Shown in pieces: positions 29,759 through 39,881 of a stretch of 64,000 bases of DNA (its first letter is position 1; the number at the start of each line of letters is the position of its first letter). The notes beneath the pieces were generated by a model. The model was not told the origin of the DNA. It made no database searches and worked only from the letters and a program-made list of their open reading frames with translations. The DNA comes from Planctomycetota bacterium (lineage in GTDB: Bacteria; Planctomycetota; Phycisphaerae; UBA1845): contig JACQXM010000044.1 of assembly GCA_016208685.1 (NCBI GenBank), positions 5,349 to 69,348 of the forward strand, read 5' to 3'. The translations under genes were made by a program, and so were the position numbers.

Positions 29759-32362
29759 TCACTCGCCGGTTGCGTTTCTGATTCCGGTTTTCGTCGCGAT
29801 TCTAAGAACCCTCGTGGCCGCGGTGATGTACAAGACCGATCCGTCGTCGCCCCAGGCGCAGTTGGAGGTTGCCGTGCCGGTGACGATAGTGCCCAGGTGC
29901 GACCCATTCGGGTCAAAGACGTACACGCCCCCCGGCCCGGCGCAAAAGAGGTTGCCGCGCCGATCCACCTTCAGGCCGTCCGGCGCCCCAGCACGATCAA
30001 CAACCCAGGGTCTTGCCGATGCGAACACCTGTCCCTGTCCCAACGATCCGTCGCCGGATACGGGGAACGCCATCCAGACGGGGTTCTCCCGGTCGGCGTT
30101 GGAAACGTACAATGTGCCGCCGTCGGGCGAGAACGCCAGCCCGTTGGGCGCCTTGAGTTCCCGGGTCAGGAGCGTCAGCCCGCCGCCGGGACGAAGCCGA
30201 TAGACGCCGCTGTAGTCCAGTTCCTTGGCGGGGTCGTCGAACGTCCGGGGTAGGCCGAAGGGCGGATCGGTAAACAGCACGTCGCCGCCAGCGGCAACCA
30301 CGCAGTCGTTAGGACTGTTCAATCGTTTGCCTTGGAACAAGTCGGCGAGGACGGTTCGCGTTCCGTCCTGCTCCAGCCGTGTGAGTCGGCGGTTGCCGTG
30401 TTCGCATAGGATGAGTCGCCCGTGCGAGTCCAGCGCCAAGCCGTTCGATCCCGGCTCCCGTCCCGCGAACCGAGCCTCCCCGGAGTAGCCGCTGTTGGTG
30501 AGGAACAACCTCGCGCCGGCGCCTTCCTTCCAGCGATAAACGCTGTTGCGCGGGATGTCAGAGAAGTAGAGGCACTGCTGTTCGGTGTCCCATGTCGGAC
30601 CTTCCAGCCAGGTGTACCCGTCCGCCACCACCTCGAGCTTCGCGTCGCGTGCGAAAATCGCATCCCAGCGGGGATCGAAGCGCTCGAGCTCGCCGATGGC
30701 GGCGGCCTCCCTGCGCGAGGCGCCATCGTGGCCGCCGATCGGCAGGCGCATCCGGTAGACGCTGGTGCGCGCCGTCATGTAGAGCGTTCGTGCGTCGTCG
30801 CCGCCCCAGGCGAAGTTGGAGGGCAATTCTCCGAGTTCGAGCGTGCCCAGGTGAGTTCCGTCCGCGGAGATAATCCAGACGCCGCCCGGGCCGGACACGA
30901 AGAGATTCCCCAGACCATCGACCTCAAGGCCGTCGAGCGCCTCCTCTCCCTTCGCGGCGGTCATGTCGAAAAACACGATCCCGTCCTGCAAATCGCCGTC
31001 CGGCTGGACCGCATAGCGCATGACAATCTTCCGTTCGGGGTCCCAATTGGTGATGTACAGGAACTTCTCATCCCGTGAGAAGGCCAGCCCGTTGGGGCCG
31101 TTCAGGTCGCTGCTCACCAACCTCAGTTGGCCGTTTCTCAGGCAATACACGCCGGTATGTGCGAGTTCGCGCCGGGGGTCTTCATGTAACCGCGGCAACC
31201 CGAACGGCGGATCGGTAAAATACAATGCTCCGTCAGAACGATAGACGAGGTCGTTCGGACTGTTAAGCCGCCGGCCTTCAAAGCGGTCGGCCAGGATGGT
31301 GAGACGCCCGTTGTGTTCGATGCGCACCACGCGCCGGTTGCCATGCTCGCAAACGGTCAGCCGCCCTTGTCCATCCAGGGCCAGTCCGTTGGAGCCGGGT
31401 TGAGTGAACTGTGATATGTCCACTCCGCTGTAGCCGCTCTTGGTGCGGAAGACGAACGTCTCCCCATCCTGCGTGAGGCGATAGATCACGTTGCGGTTCG
31501 GGTCGCTGAAGAGAAGGTATCCCTCGTCGATGGGCTTGCCGCCGGCGCCGGCGACACGCGCCGGGACCCACACCGGCCCCTCCGCGAAGGTCAGCCCCTC
31601 GGCCACCTGCTCTACAACCGTCCGGCGCGGAACCACGGTCTCGACGGCCTCGCTTACCGGCGTCAGCTCGTGCGGCACCGCACGCACCGCCGCGTAACGG
31701 TCGGGCTGGTAGAAGTCGAGCGTTGCCGAGCGGACCCAGACGTAGTTGGCCGGCGGGTCCGAGAGCGGACCGTTCGCGGCAAACACGGCGAGTTGTACCT
31801 GCCGTCCCGGTTCCAGATCCCGACCCACCACGACCCGGTTGGGGGCGTTCCACCCCGCCGCCATCGGCCCACCCGCCTGGCCGATGATCTGCGGTTGCCG
31901 CCCATCGACCCAGACCTCAGCGTAGTCATCCAGGACGATTTCGAATACCGCGGTCGATCCCCGCGTGTCGAACCCCGCGACGCGCTCCGGAATGTTGAGG
32001 CGAAGGCGATACCAGCCGAAACACAGTCGCCCGGTAGAGCGGCGATCCTGGAGGGCCGTTGGGGCGACCGCATCCCAGGCGGCATCATCGAAGTCCGCGG
32101 CTCCAGCGTGCGGTTCGATGTCGTGGGTCCGATTCGGCGCGCCGCTGGGCTTCAGATCCGGACCTGCGCTGCGGTGATCGACAGCGACGATCTCAGCGTC
32201 ATGGTAGCGCCACTCGGCTCGAACGACCGCCGCTCCCTCGGACGTCATCAAGTCTACGACTGCGTCAGGATTATGCGGCGGAACGGGCGGTCGCGCGAAA
32301 AGGGTTCCGCCGCCGAGGAGCAGCAAAACGCTGGTGGCACCCCTGGACCATCGTGACGTCAT
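29759..32362 (-). CDS. Secreted protein: galactose-binding-like N-domain plus two SMP-30/gluconolactonase beta-propellers
   Basis: Two sets of EGP.W, FSD, GSNGL, LNSPND, FTDPPFG, PNGLAFS, DGL.VD, SN.AWG. Confidence 0.9.
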   Translation of the reverse strand: MTSRWSRGATSVLLLLGGGTLFARPPVPPHNPDAVVDLMTSEGAAVVRAEWRYHDAEIVAVDHRSAGPDLKPSGAPNRTHDIEPHAGAADFDDAAWDAVAPTALQDRRSTGRLCFGWYRLRLNIPERVAGFDTRGSTAVFEIVLDDYAEVWVDGRQPQIIGQAGGPMAAGWNAPNRVVVGRDLEPGRQVQLAVFAANGPLSDPPANYVWVRSATLDFYQPDRYAAVRAVPHELTPVSEAVETVVPRRTVVEQVAEGLTFAEGPVWVPARVAGAGGKPIDEGYLLFSDPNRNVIYRLTQDGETFVFRTKSGYSGVDISQFTQPGSNGLALDGQGRLTVCEHGNRRVVRIEHNGRLTILADRFEGRRLNSPNDLVYRSDGALYFTDPPFGLPRLHEDPRRELAHTGVYCLRNGQLRLVSSDLNGPNGLAFSRDEKFLYITNWDPERKIVMRYAVQPDGDLQDGIVFFDMTAAKGEEALDGLEVDGLGNLFVSGPGGVWIISADGTHLGTLELGELPSNFAWGGDDARTLYMTARTSVYRMRLPIGGHDGASRREAAAIGELERFDPRWDAIFARDAKLEVVADGYTWLEGPTWDTEQQCLYFSDIPRNSVYRWKEGAGARLFLTNSGYSGEARFAGREPGSNGLALDSHGRLILCEHGNRRLTRLEQDGTRTVLADLFQGKRLNSPNDCVVAAGGDVLFTDPPFGLPRTFDDPAKELDYSGVYRLRPGGGLTLLTRELKAPNGLAFSPDGGTLYVSNADRENPVWMAFPVSGDGSLGQGQVFASARPWVVDRAGAPDGLKVDRRGNLFCAGPGGVYVFDPNGSHLGTIVTGTATSNCAWGDDGSVLYITAATRVLRIATKTGIRNATGE

Positions 32363-32435
32363 TTTGAACTCTCCGCACTGGCGCCCGTACGGCAAGGGCG
32401 CTGGACTGAATCGCCATGATGCCGTGTGATCGCCG

Positions 32436-33380
32436 TCAACGGACTTTCACCACGTAGTAAGTCATCGGCGCCTGCACTTCGCGGAACCAGTGCGGCGTGC
32501 CCTTGGGAACCACGACGACATCGCCGGCGGCGAGCTTCCTCGCTTCGCCGCCGTCAATCGCCGGGGCGCGGATTTCGTCGTCGGCGCTCTCACCTGCGGG
32601 CTCGATCAACCGCCCGCCGGTAACGAGTGTTGCCGACCCGCTGAGCACGTGGAGGATGTCAGTATCGCGGGTGTGCACCTCGGCCAGGCCCGGAGCGTCG
32701 CGGCGGCTGGCATGGACCATGTAGTTACGTCTTCCTCCGCTGACCAGGACTGCACCCTTGGCGAAGGCATCGCTCACTCGCGCTGCCTCGATATGCGTGA
32801 CCGAATCAAACTCGGCGGTCGGCGAGCCTTCCGCCGCCACCACGGCGGCAGCGGCAATCAGCGCCAGGTCCTCGTCCTGTTGAGCGCTGGCGGCACCACT
32901 TACCCCAACGGCGCCGACAGTTTCACCTTCCACGACGATGGGCACACCGCCTTGCAGCGGCGTGAAGTCCTCGAGCGCTACCATCGGCGTTCGCCCCTCG
33001 CGAATGAGGTTCTCGAAGACGCTGGTGGGCTTCCGGAACAGGGCCGCAGTTCGCGCTTTGCCGGCGGAAATGCGCGCCGCCGCGGCAAACGTGCCGTCGA
33101 GGCGTTCGATGCAGATCACGTTGCCGCCCTCGTCGACGACCGCCACGGCGGCGCCGGGCGCGCCGAGGCGCTTTGCCTCGTCCATCGCCGCGTCTGCCGC
33201 CAAACGGGCTCCCAGCAGCGTGAGCGACTTCTTTGCCGTGATCCCCATTGGCCCGGCACCGTCAGCCGGCCGGGCCGTTGTTGTCTCACCCGCAACCGCC
33301 GACTCGAGAGCAACGAGTGCCGCGGCAAGGGTGTAGGTCCACCGGCGGCGGCGCGCGATACGCATGACTGTGCGTGCCAT
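32436..33380 (-). CDS. GlcG/HbpS heme-binding domain fused to a C-terminal cupin
   Basis: AVAVVDEGG...ERLDG...GKARTA..F, GGVPI...VGAVGVSG....QDE; cupin EVHTRDTD...GDVVVVPKGTPHWF. Confidence 0.88.
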   Translation of the reverse strand: MARTVMRIARRRRWTYTLAAALVALESAVAGETTTARPADGAGPMGITAKKSLTLLGARLAADAAMDEAKRLGAPGAAVAVVDEGGNVICIERLDGTFAAAARISAGKARTAALFRKPTSVFENLIREGRTPMVALEDFTPLQGGVPIVVEGETVGAVGVSGAASAQQDEDLALIAAAAVVAAEGSPTAEFDSVTHIEAARVSDAFAKGAVLVSGGRRNYMVHASRRDAPGLAEVHTRDTDILHVLSGSATLVTGGRLIEPAGESADDEIRAPAIDGGEARKLAAGDVVVVPKGTPHWFREVQAPMTYYVVKVR

Positions 33381-33443
33381 GAAGAACTCCGTTCCCGGAC
33401 TGTTTCGGGGCCTGCGCACCGTGCGTCAGGCACTGCGGTGTAC

Positions 33444-33468
33444 GATGCAGGCCGCCGCGCCAGGTTAC
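33444..33468 (-). promoter_or_regulatory. Candidate ECF promoter GTAAC-N15-GCATC (copy 4, minus strand)
   Basis: About 65 nt upstream of the GlcG-cupin start, correctly oriented. Confidence 0.65.
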
Positions 33469-33933
33469 ACACCGGGGCCTTGCGCAGGCGACGCATGTCG
33501 GGATCGGGGCCGCCGGGCCGTCGCATCCCGCCGGTAAACCCCCGGGGCGCGGCGCCACCTCCGGCACCGCGTCGCGCCCGCTCCGCACGAGCGTGACAGG
33601 CGCGATGGTGCTTGCGGAAGTAGTGTCCGTGGGGCTGCCGACGACGATACTGCACTCGCCTCCCGCAGCAGCTCGCGCTGGAATCGGCACGTGCGGCAGG
33701 CCTCGGCCGGGGCGGCCATCCGCATCCCCGGGCCCTGGAACGCACACCGCCGGCTAGGGTGATATAGGAAAGCAGGTTCCTTATCATCCGAGTCCGGCCT
33801 CGAGGTGGACTTGCGGCTTATGCCTATATGGTGATAGACTTATGGCTTGCCGCTCCGGGCCGCAAGGCCGGGGGGCGGCGGCCTGATGCCGGCGCCGGCA
33901 GCATCACATGCCTTTGCGGAGGGAGGTCGTCGA

Positions 33934-36900
33934 ATGGCCCTGCATGCAAGCCGCAGCGCGGCGATCATGGCTGGTGTCTTGCTCTCGGCCGGCTACTGGG
34001 ACGGAGCCGTCGGCGAAGCGCCGGCCGGGCCATTCGCGGCGGACCCTAGCCTCCTTCGGGACCCGGCGGCTCACCTCTATGTGCTGGCGATGACCCATGT
34101 GGAAGGTGACTTCGGCGAACCCGAAGGCGACCCCGGGTGCCCTGCCGCGCTCTACTACCAGACGCTTCCGCTGCCCCCGTTGGGTCAGCCGGCCCCGGGA
34201 CCGGCGTTCGCCATCGACATACGCGGCACGGAATTGCTGCGCGAGATTCTCCAGAACTACCACGATTCGTACGGCTCGGAACCACGTCTTTTCATCGAGC
34301 CAGCGGGTGAGTTCTGGCAGACGGAGGCCGGCGTCACGTACGGCAGAAGGCTGTTCCAGACTTACGATTACGCCGCCCTGGGGTACGAGTTTGGAATCCA
34401 GGGACACGCGATCCAGTACTCCGGCGCCAACTTCTGCTGGTACAACAGCGCGCACACCGCCGAGGGCGTACAGCGCAAGCTCAGCGACCTCCACCTCGCG
34501 GCGCAAGGGGTGCTCCATAACGGCCAACCCGTGAACCACGGGCAGACGTTCACGGGTGGCTGGAAGCCGGAGCAGCAGGCGCTGGGCGCCGCCGCGGCGG
34601 AGTACCTCCTCGATCACGCCGCGCACGGGCTGGGCTACCGCATCTCCTTCGAGGACCACGATGGTCACATCGAAGATGAGCCTGCGGGGATCAACAACGC
34701 CCGACCTTCGTACTATGTCTATCGCGCCGACTACGGCGACGGGGTGCAGATGACCAAGATCGATTTCAACGGCAGCGTCACCGTCGCCTGCGCCGGCGGC
34801 ACGCCGCGCTGCGAAACGCCGGCGGAAGCCATCGCCCGTTTCGACACCACCGTGGCCGCCAAGAACGCTGACGGCGATCCGAGCCACATCTACTTCTTTG
34901 CCTTCACGATCCACTCCGACGGCGTCTGGGCCGATGTCAACCGTGCGGCTATCGGCCAGCCGATGATCGGTGAGGGAGCGGGGCTGCTCGCCCTGATGGA
35001 TGCCATCGAGCAGCGAAAGAACGCCGGCGTGCAGATTGAGTTCGTTACGCCGAGCGCGCTGGCGGCGATCTTCGCGGCCGCCAATCCCCCGGACACGAGC
35101 TACGTGACGGAATCCGTCGAGACCTGGGTCACGGCGCCAAACGGCAACCAGCTATACATGCGGGTTGTGCAGCCGGTACCCGGGTTGTATCCAGGCCAAC
35201 GCTTCCCCGCCCTGATCGCCATCCCCGGCGGAACGGGCCCCGGGGCACCGCTCGCGGACAGCCCGGCGTATCGGAACTTCGCGGGCGGGGGTTTCGTCGT
35301 CGTGGTCTTCAATCCCGAGGGGCGCGGAAACGGGGCGCCGGGAAACCTGGTGAGTCAGGGGGTGGAGGATTGCAACGGCTTCGTTCACCAGGACGACCTG
35401 AAAGCCGTGGTGGAACATACTGCCGGGCGTTCGAACGTCGACCCCTCCAACATCGGCGTGGAAACCGCGTCGTTCGGCATCGCCATCGGCGCCGGGGCGC
35501 TGGGGCGCTACCCCTCTTTGCCAGTTAAGTACCTTGTCGATCAGGAAGGTCCGCATGACAACCGCGTCATCACGTTCTACGACGTGGGACCGGAGCGTCA
35601 GGTCTGCGGTCATTGGAGTACGGTCACCGACCCTTCACCCGGGAACATCGCTTTCTGGGCCGAGCGCGAGGCCGTCCGCCACATCGGAGGCTTCCGAGGC
35701 TTGTATCTGCGCATGCAGGCTGAGATCGACCACGCTCAGGGCCCGGGTTACTTCCGCCACACCATCGAAATGAACAACGCGGCCACGCATTCAGCTTACG
35801 GGGGTGCAGGGTCAGCTTGCTGGACGCGCGTGAACGGCGCCGACCTTGGGAATCCCATCAACACGGTGTATCCGCCGAATGATCCTAATCAGTACCCAGA
35901 TTGGGTCACAGGGCGTCTGGCGGACCATCCAGGGTTGAACCTGACGTACGACCGTGAGATGGCGCTTCTCTCCTGCCCGGCGTCGATTCCGGCCGTCTCG
36001 GCCGGCGGCCTGGTGTTCATGGCCGGCCTGATGGTCGCGTCCGCCGCCGTTCTATGCCGGCGGCGGCGGATTCTCGTTCCGGGCCTGACAGTCCTGTTTC
36101 TCGCATTCGCCTCGACGACTGAACGGGCGCGGGCGGCACCCATTCACGTGCTCATCGACCTGCACGCAGACCCCATGTTCGGGACGCCCGTCATTCAGCA
36201 ACAGGTTTTCCAGGACTGGGTGGACGCAACGAACTGGGCTCTGGACACGGCGGACACATACAGCGCCAAGGTGTCGTTCCTGTGCGGCGGTGACTTCGCG
36301 GAATGGGTACTCGAGGACCCCGCCCGGGGTTATCCTCTGTTGCAACGCCTGTACGCCAGCGGAGGGCAGATCGGAACCCATTCGCACGACCAGGTTCGAT
36401 TCGCGACCCACGACTGGCGCTCACTGCCTCCCAATCCGACGCCGCCGCAGGCGCTCCAGCTCTGGAACGACCACGTGGGGCTGGTGAACGCGGCGATCAC
36501 GGCGGCTCTGGGGATTTCCGGCGGTCCGCAGCTCGCGCTGGTGAACTGTGGCCGCGGCAGCCATGTTCCCTCCGACGACGCCTTCCGGCTGCAACTGATG
36601 TCCGACTTCGGGTTCACGATGCATCAGCAGGGACCGGACGAGGAGTTCTACTCCTACTTCCGCCACTACCCCATGAACCCCTATCGTCCCTCGGGCGCCG
36701 GCATGCTTGAGCACGATCCGGGCGGTCCGGTGGTGTTGTCGCCCTTCGGTCCGGTGTTGGGTCGTAATGACGTCCATTTCGGCATCAGCCAGGACATGCG
36801 TGTGCCGGCATGGCAGGCGCGCTTCCTCCTCGAGATACTCAACTGGCTCCATGACGTTCACGTTGCCGGGACGCAGCGGGTGTGGGTGACGGGTTGGGGT

Positions 36901-37926
36901 TCGCACAGCGCCGACATGATGGTCGGTACACCTACCCGCGCTGCGTTCCCCGTCACGCTGAACTGGCTTGCAGCACACTTCATCGGCCAGCCCGTCGGCG
37001 GGTACATCGCGGCGCAGTTCTCCGGCGTGCCCGCGGCACGAAACGCCTACCTTGCGTGGGAGGCCGCACACCCCGGCGAGGCGTCGTTCACGTATGCCGC
37101 AAACGCTACGGATTGGAGTCAGTACCCGTATCTCGCCCCCACGGCGCGCTACCTGAGCGAAGCCTGGTACGAGGAGGCAATGCCCTCGTCGGGAACGGTG
37201 CGCTGGCATCGTCTGACCGCGTCCGCGTCGGCCGGTGGGCCGTACTCGCTGTACGTGGCCTATACCACGGATGGGATCGCCACCACTGTCGATCTCTCGG
37301 CGTCGCTGGGCGCCGGCGAGATCGCGGCCGTGGTTCCCGCGTCCGGCGCCGCCCGCCGCCACGCGACCGCCTCGGTTGCCGTCGGAACCACAGGCGTGAT
37401 CCTCGTACCAGTGGACAAACTGATGTCGTTTGCGGGGACGGGGGACTTCGAGCCGGATGGCGACGTCGACGGCGCCGACGCCGTGGACTTCGCCCAGTGT
37501 TTCACCGGACCTGGGGGCGCGCTGGCACCGGGGTGCGAACCCGGAGATTTCGACGACGATTCCGACGTGGACTGCGCCGACTGGGATGGCCTTGTCCTCG
37601 TTTGGACGGCCCCGGAACCGCCGCCTGCATTTGACACTTGCGCCGCCGCGATTCCCGCGCTGTCCGTGTGGGGAGTGGTCGCAATGTCACTGTTGCTGGC
37701 GGTTTGCGGTGGCTGCGTAATTCGCGCCGGGCCGAGATGCCCGGCCACCGGTCGTGTGAAACCCGATCGCTCCAAGGCGGGATCGTGCCCCGACACCGGT
37801 GCGACTGACTCCGATCAGAGCTCGCGCTGCTTACGGCACTCTGCGGGCGTTGCACCGCGGGCGGCCCCGTGCTTCCCGACCGCACGCTTTCGGGTCGTTC
37901 AGAGGCCACTCGTCATCGATCGCTGA
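33934..37926 (+). CDS. Large secreted multidomain protein: deacetylase-like barrel, alpha/beta hydrolase, internal IPTL-CTERM plus signal-like segment, second deacetylase-like domain, dockerin-like EF-hands, terminal IPTL-CTERM
   Basis: GGAGG RBS; THVEGD/GIQGH; IGVETASFG nucleophile elbow; IPAVSAGGLVFMAGLMV...RRRR; IDLHAD/IGTHSH; GDFEPDGDVDGAD; IPALSVWGVVAMSLLL. Confidence 0.8.
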   Translation: MALHASRSAAIMAGVLLSAGYWDGAVGEAPAGPFAADPSLLRDPAAHLYVLAMTHVEGDFGEPEGDPGCPAALYYQTLPLPPLGQPAPGPAFAIDIRGTELLREILQNYHDSYGSEPRLFIEPAGEFWQTEAGVTYGRRLFQTYDYAALGYEFGIQGHAIQYSGANFCWYNSAHTAEGVQRKLSDLHLAAQGVLHNGQPVNHGQTFTGGWKPEQQALGAAAAEYLLDHAAHGLGYRISFEDHDGHIEDEPAGINNARPSYYVYRADYGDGVQMTKIDFNGSVTVACAGGTPRCETPAEAIARFDTTVAAKNADGDPSHIYFFAFTIHSDGVWADVNRAAIGQPMIGEGAGLLALMDAIEQRKNAGVQIEFVTPSALAAIFAAANPPDTSYVTESVETWVTAPNGNQLYMRVVQPVPGLYPGQRFPALIAIPGGTGPGAPLADSPAYRNFAGGGFVVVVFNPEGRGNGAPGNLVSQGVEDCNGFVHQDDLKAVVEHTAGRSNVDPSNIGVETASFGIAIGAGALGRYPSLPVKYLVDQEGPHDNRVITFYDVGPERQVCGHWSTVTDPSPGNIAFWAEREAVRHIGGFRGLYLRMQAEIDHAQGPGYFRHTIEMNNAATHSAYGGAGSACWTRVNGADLGNPINTVYPPNDPNQYPDWVTGRLADHPGLNLTYDREMALLSCPASIPAVSAGGLVFMAGLMVASAAVLCRRRRILVPGLTVLFLAFASTTERARAAPIHVLIDLHADPMFGTPVIQQQVFQDWVDATNWALDTADTYSAKVSFLCGGDFAEWVLEDPARGYPLLQRLYASGGQIGTHSHDQVRFATHDWRSLPPNPTPPQALQLWNDHVGLVNAAITAALGISGGPQLALVNCGRGSHVPSDDAFRLQLMSDFGFTMHQQGPDEEFYSYFRHYPMNPYRPSGAGMLEHDPGGPVVLSPFGPVLGRNDVHFGISQDMRVPAWQARFLLEILNWLHDVHVAGTQRVWVTGWGSHSADMMVGTPTRAAFPVTLNWLAAHFIGQPVGGYIAAQFSGVPAARNAYLAWEAAHPGEASFTYAANATDWSQYPYLAPTARYLSEAWYEEAMPSSGTVRWHRLTASASAGGPYSLYVAYTTDGIATTVDLSASLGAGEIAAVVPASGAARRHATASVAVGTTGVILVPVDKLMSFAGTGDFEPDGDVDGADAVDFAQCFTGPGGALAPGCEPGDFDDDSDVDCADWDGLVLVWTAPEPPPAFDTCAAAIPALSVWGVVAMSLLLAVCGGCVIRAGPRCPATGRVKPDRSKAGSCPDTGATDSDQSSRCLRHSAGVAPRAAPCFPTARFRVVQRPLVIDR

Positions 37927-39584
37927 TAGCCGGCGATATCGCGCAGGTCGATCGCAGAATCCAGGTTGAAGTCGAACACCGCGCAACTGGCGCCGCTGAG
38001 GGCAAGCGGCCCAGTCAGACAGCCCGGGAAGCCGTCGAAGTCAAGGCGGTCCACGTCACCGTCACGATCGGCGTCTCCGGCCCACACGTGGAGCGACACG
38101 GCGCGGTAGTCATTCGTGCACCGGATACCGGCCTCAAGCAGCTCGCTCATCGACAGGTCGAGATACCGGCGGAAGGTGCTTGAGGGATTGTCCGGGTCCT
38201 GGGTGTTGGTGTAGTTCCCCGCCCCATACCCATTGGCGATCACCTGCGGCATGAGGATGTTCTTGACGGACCAGACGTCGAGGGCGATCGGGTCGCGCGA
38301 GGCAACGAGCTGGTTGCGCCAACTGGCGGAACTGTACGAAGCTCCAGGCCCCTGGCCGGGACGCGCCAGGATCCAGATGCAGTCCAGGATGGTCAGGTCG
38401 GGAAGGCGCACTTCCGCCATGACGCTTCCCATCCCGCCCCAACCCACCGAGGTGTGCGAGCCGGTACTGAGAGCGCCTGTCACCACGCCCATGTGGTTTT
38501 TGACGCTTCCCGTGACGGCGTAGATGACATGCGTCTTGAGCACCGGCATGTTGATGACTACGAGCCGCTGCGCGTCGTACGTCGACGTCTCCAGGGACCA
38601 GACTCCGTGCTTATAGCTGATGCAGGTGCCGGCCGCGGAACGGAATTTCGGGTACGAGACGCGCACGCCCGTTTGCGAATCGGGCAGCGGGCTTACGATG
38701 TAGCCGTTCGCCAGGTCCCCGGCCGCATACTCTCCCACCGAGGTGTTGCGCAGGACATCCCATAGACTCGTGGAGACATTCCATCCCTCGGCAGCAAAGT
38801 CGGCCACCACGTCCCTCGGAGATTGCTGCACGTCCTCGGCGTTGTTCTCCAGGCGATCCAGATCGCCCCCGCTCTGACCGTTGTCGGCGACGACCACCTC
38901 GCCCACGAAGCCGTCAGGGTGCTCCACGATCTGTCGGATGACACCGCGGAGTACGTCGGTGTTCGTCCCCCCGCGTCGGGACCACTGTGCATTGACTTTG
39001 ATAAGCACAACGCTGTCGCGGGCGATCAGCCCCGCGGGGCCGGACGTGAGACCCTCCGTGGCGGAACGATGCCACTTAAGACCGCGCAGACCCATGAGTG
39101 TCACCAGGTCATCGATTCCGCCAAACCGACCCGGTGCGATCCCGCGTGAGTCGCGTATGAAGTACACGTCCGGATGATGGTCGGCGGGAGGCGCGGACAC
39201 TTGCGCCTCGATAGCCGGCGGCGGGCGGAAGGCGAGCAGGGCGGCGAGTGCCGCCAGGAACAGGATGGCGCCGATCGTCGTCGGCGGGAATCGACGAAGC
39301 CGTTGAACCGTCCACGTGCGTGTCCCCATGACCACCGCCGCGACTGGTGCCCCCAGCGAGCCGATCGCCAAGCCCAGTGCTGCCTGCTGGCATGGGTAGT
39401 TCAGCCGACTCGGCCGACCTCCGCTGCGCAGGAGAAGCCAGAGCAGGGCCAGGCCTCCACCGACGGCGCCAAAAGCTAGCGTGGCGATGCCGCGGGCCGC
39501 CCGGTTGTGGGAACTGCCGCATCCCCTGGCCCGGGCATGGGCGGTCCGTGGGGATTCGGGGCAAGGTCCTCGGTTCACATGCAT
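37899..39584 (-). CDS. DUF362-domain membrane-anchored protein with a C-terminal dockerin-like module
   Basis: VLIKVN, TNTDVLRGVI, INMPVLKTH...TGSVKNHMG, L.ILDCI, AS.DPIALD; GDADRDGDVDRLD. Confidence 0.8.
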   Translation of the reverse strand: MHVNRGPCPESPRTAHARARGCGSSHNRAARGIATLAFGAVGGGLALLWLLLRSGGRPSRLNYPCQQAALGLAIGSLGAPVAAVVMGTRTWTVQRLRRFPPTTIGAILFLAALAALLAFRPPPAIEAQVSAPPADHHPDVYFIRDSRGIAPGRFGGIDDLVTLMGLRGLKWHRSATEGLTSGPAGLIARDSVVLIKVNAQWSRRGGTNTDVLRGVIRQIVEHPDGFVGEVVVADNGQSGGDLDRLENNAEDVQQSPRDVVADFAAEGWNVSTSLWDVLRNTSVGEYAAGDLANGYIVSPLPDSQTGVRVSYPKFRSAAGTCISYKHGVWSLETSTYDAQRLVVINMPVLKTHVIYAVTGSVKNHMGVVTGALSTGSHTSVGWGGMGSVMAEVRLPDLTILDCIWILARPGQGPGASYSSASWRNQLVASRDPIALDVWSVKNILMPQVIANGYGAGNYTNTQDPDNPSSTFRRYLDLSMSELLEAGIRCTNDYRAVSLHVWAGDADRDGDVDRLDFDGFPGCLTGPLALSGASCAVFDFNLDSAIDLRDIAGYQRSMTSGL

Positions 39585-39881
39585 CACGAACTCTCCAACG
39601 CCGGGCGGAACGTAGCCCGCCGTGCAGGTGGCCTGTGGCACCTGCGCAGCGTGGGTTCAAGCCCCACCCGCAGCGCTCGCCGGTAGCCCGGCGGCGGGGT
39701 GGCGTTCGGCGCGGGCGCGGGCATCCCGCCCGTGCGCCGAACCCGCGGAGAGCAGCACGAGACCCGGAGGCCCCCCGCCCGCCGGTTCAGTTATTAGTGT
39801 ATCTATTTATCGAACGGGCATCAAGGCGAATTTGACTTGGACGTGCACCGGCGTTGTGGCGCGGGGGCAAGGGATTCGGAT

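Noticed and set aside
33116-33787. Arg/Cys/His-rich ORFs in the 33.4-33.9 kb gap
   Set aside because: Low-complexity GC-driven composition, overlap with the GlcG gene and its promoter motif, and no recognisable motif.
37730-37926. C-terminal extension after the final IPTL-CTERM as a separate domain
   Set aside because: Low-complexity tail overlapping the convergent DUF362 gene; probably stop-codon drift.
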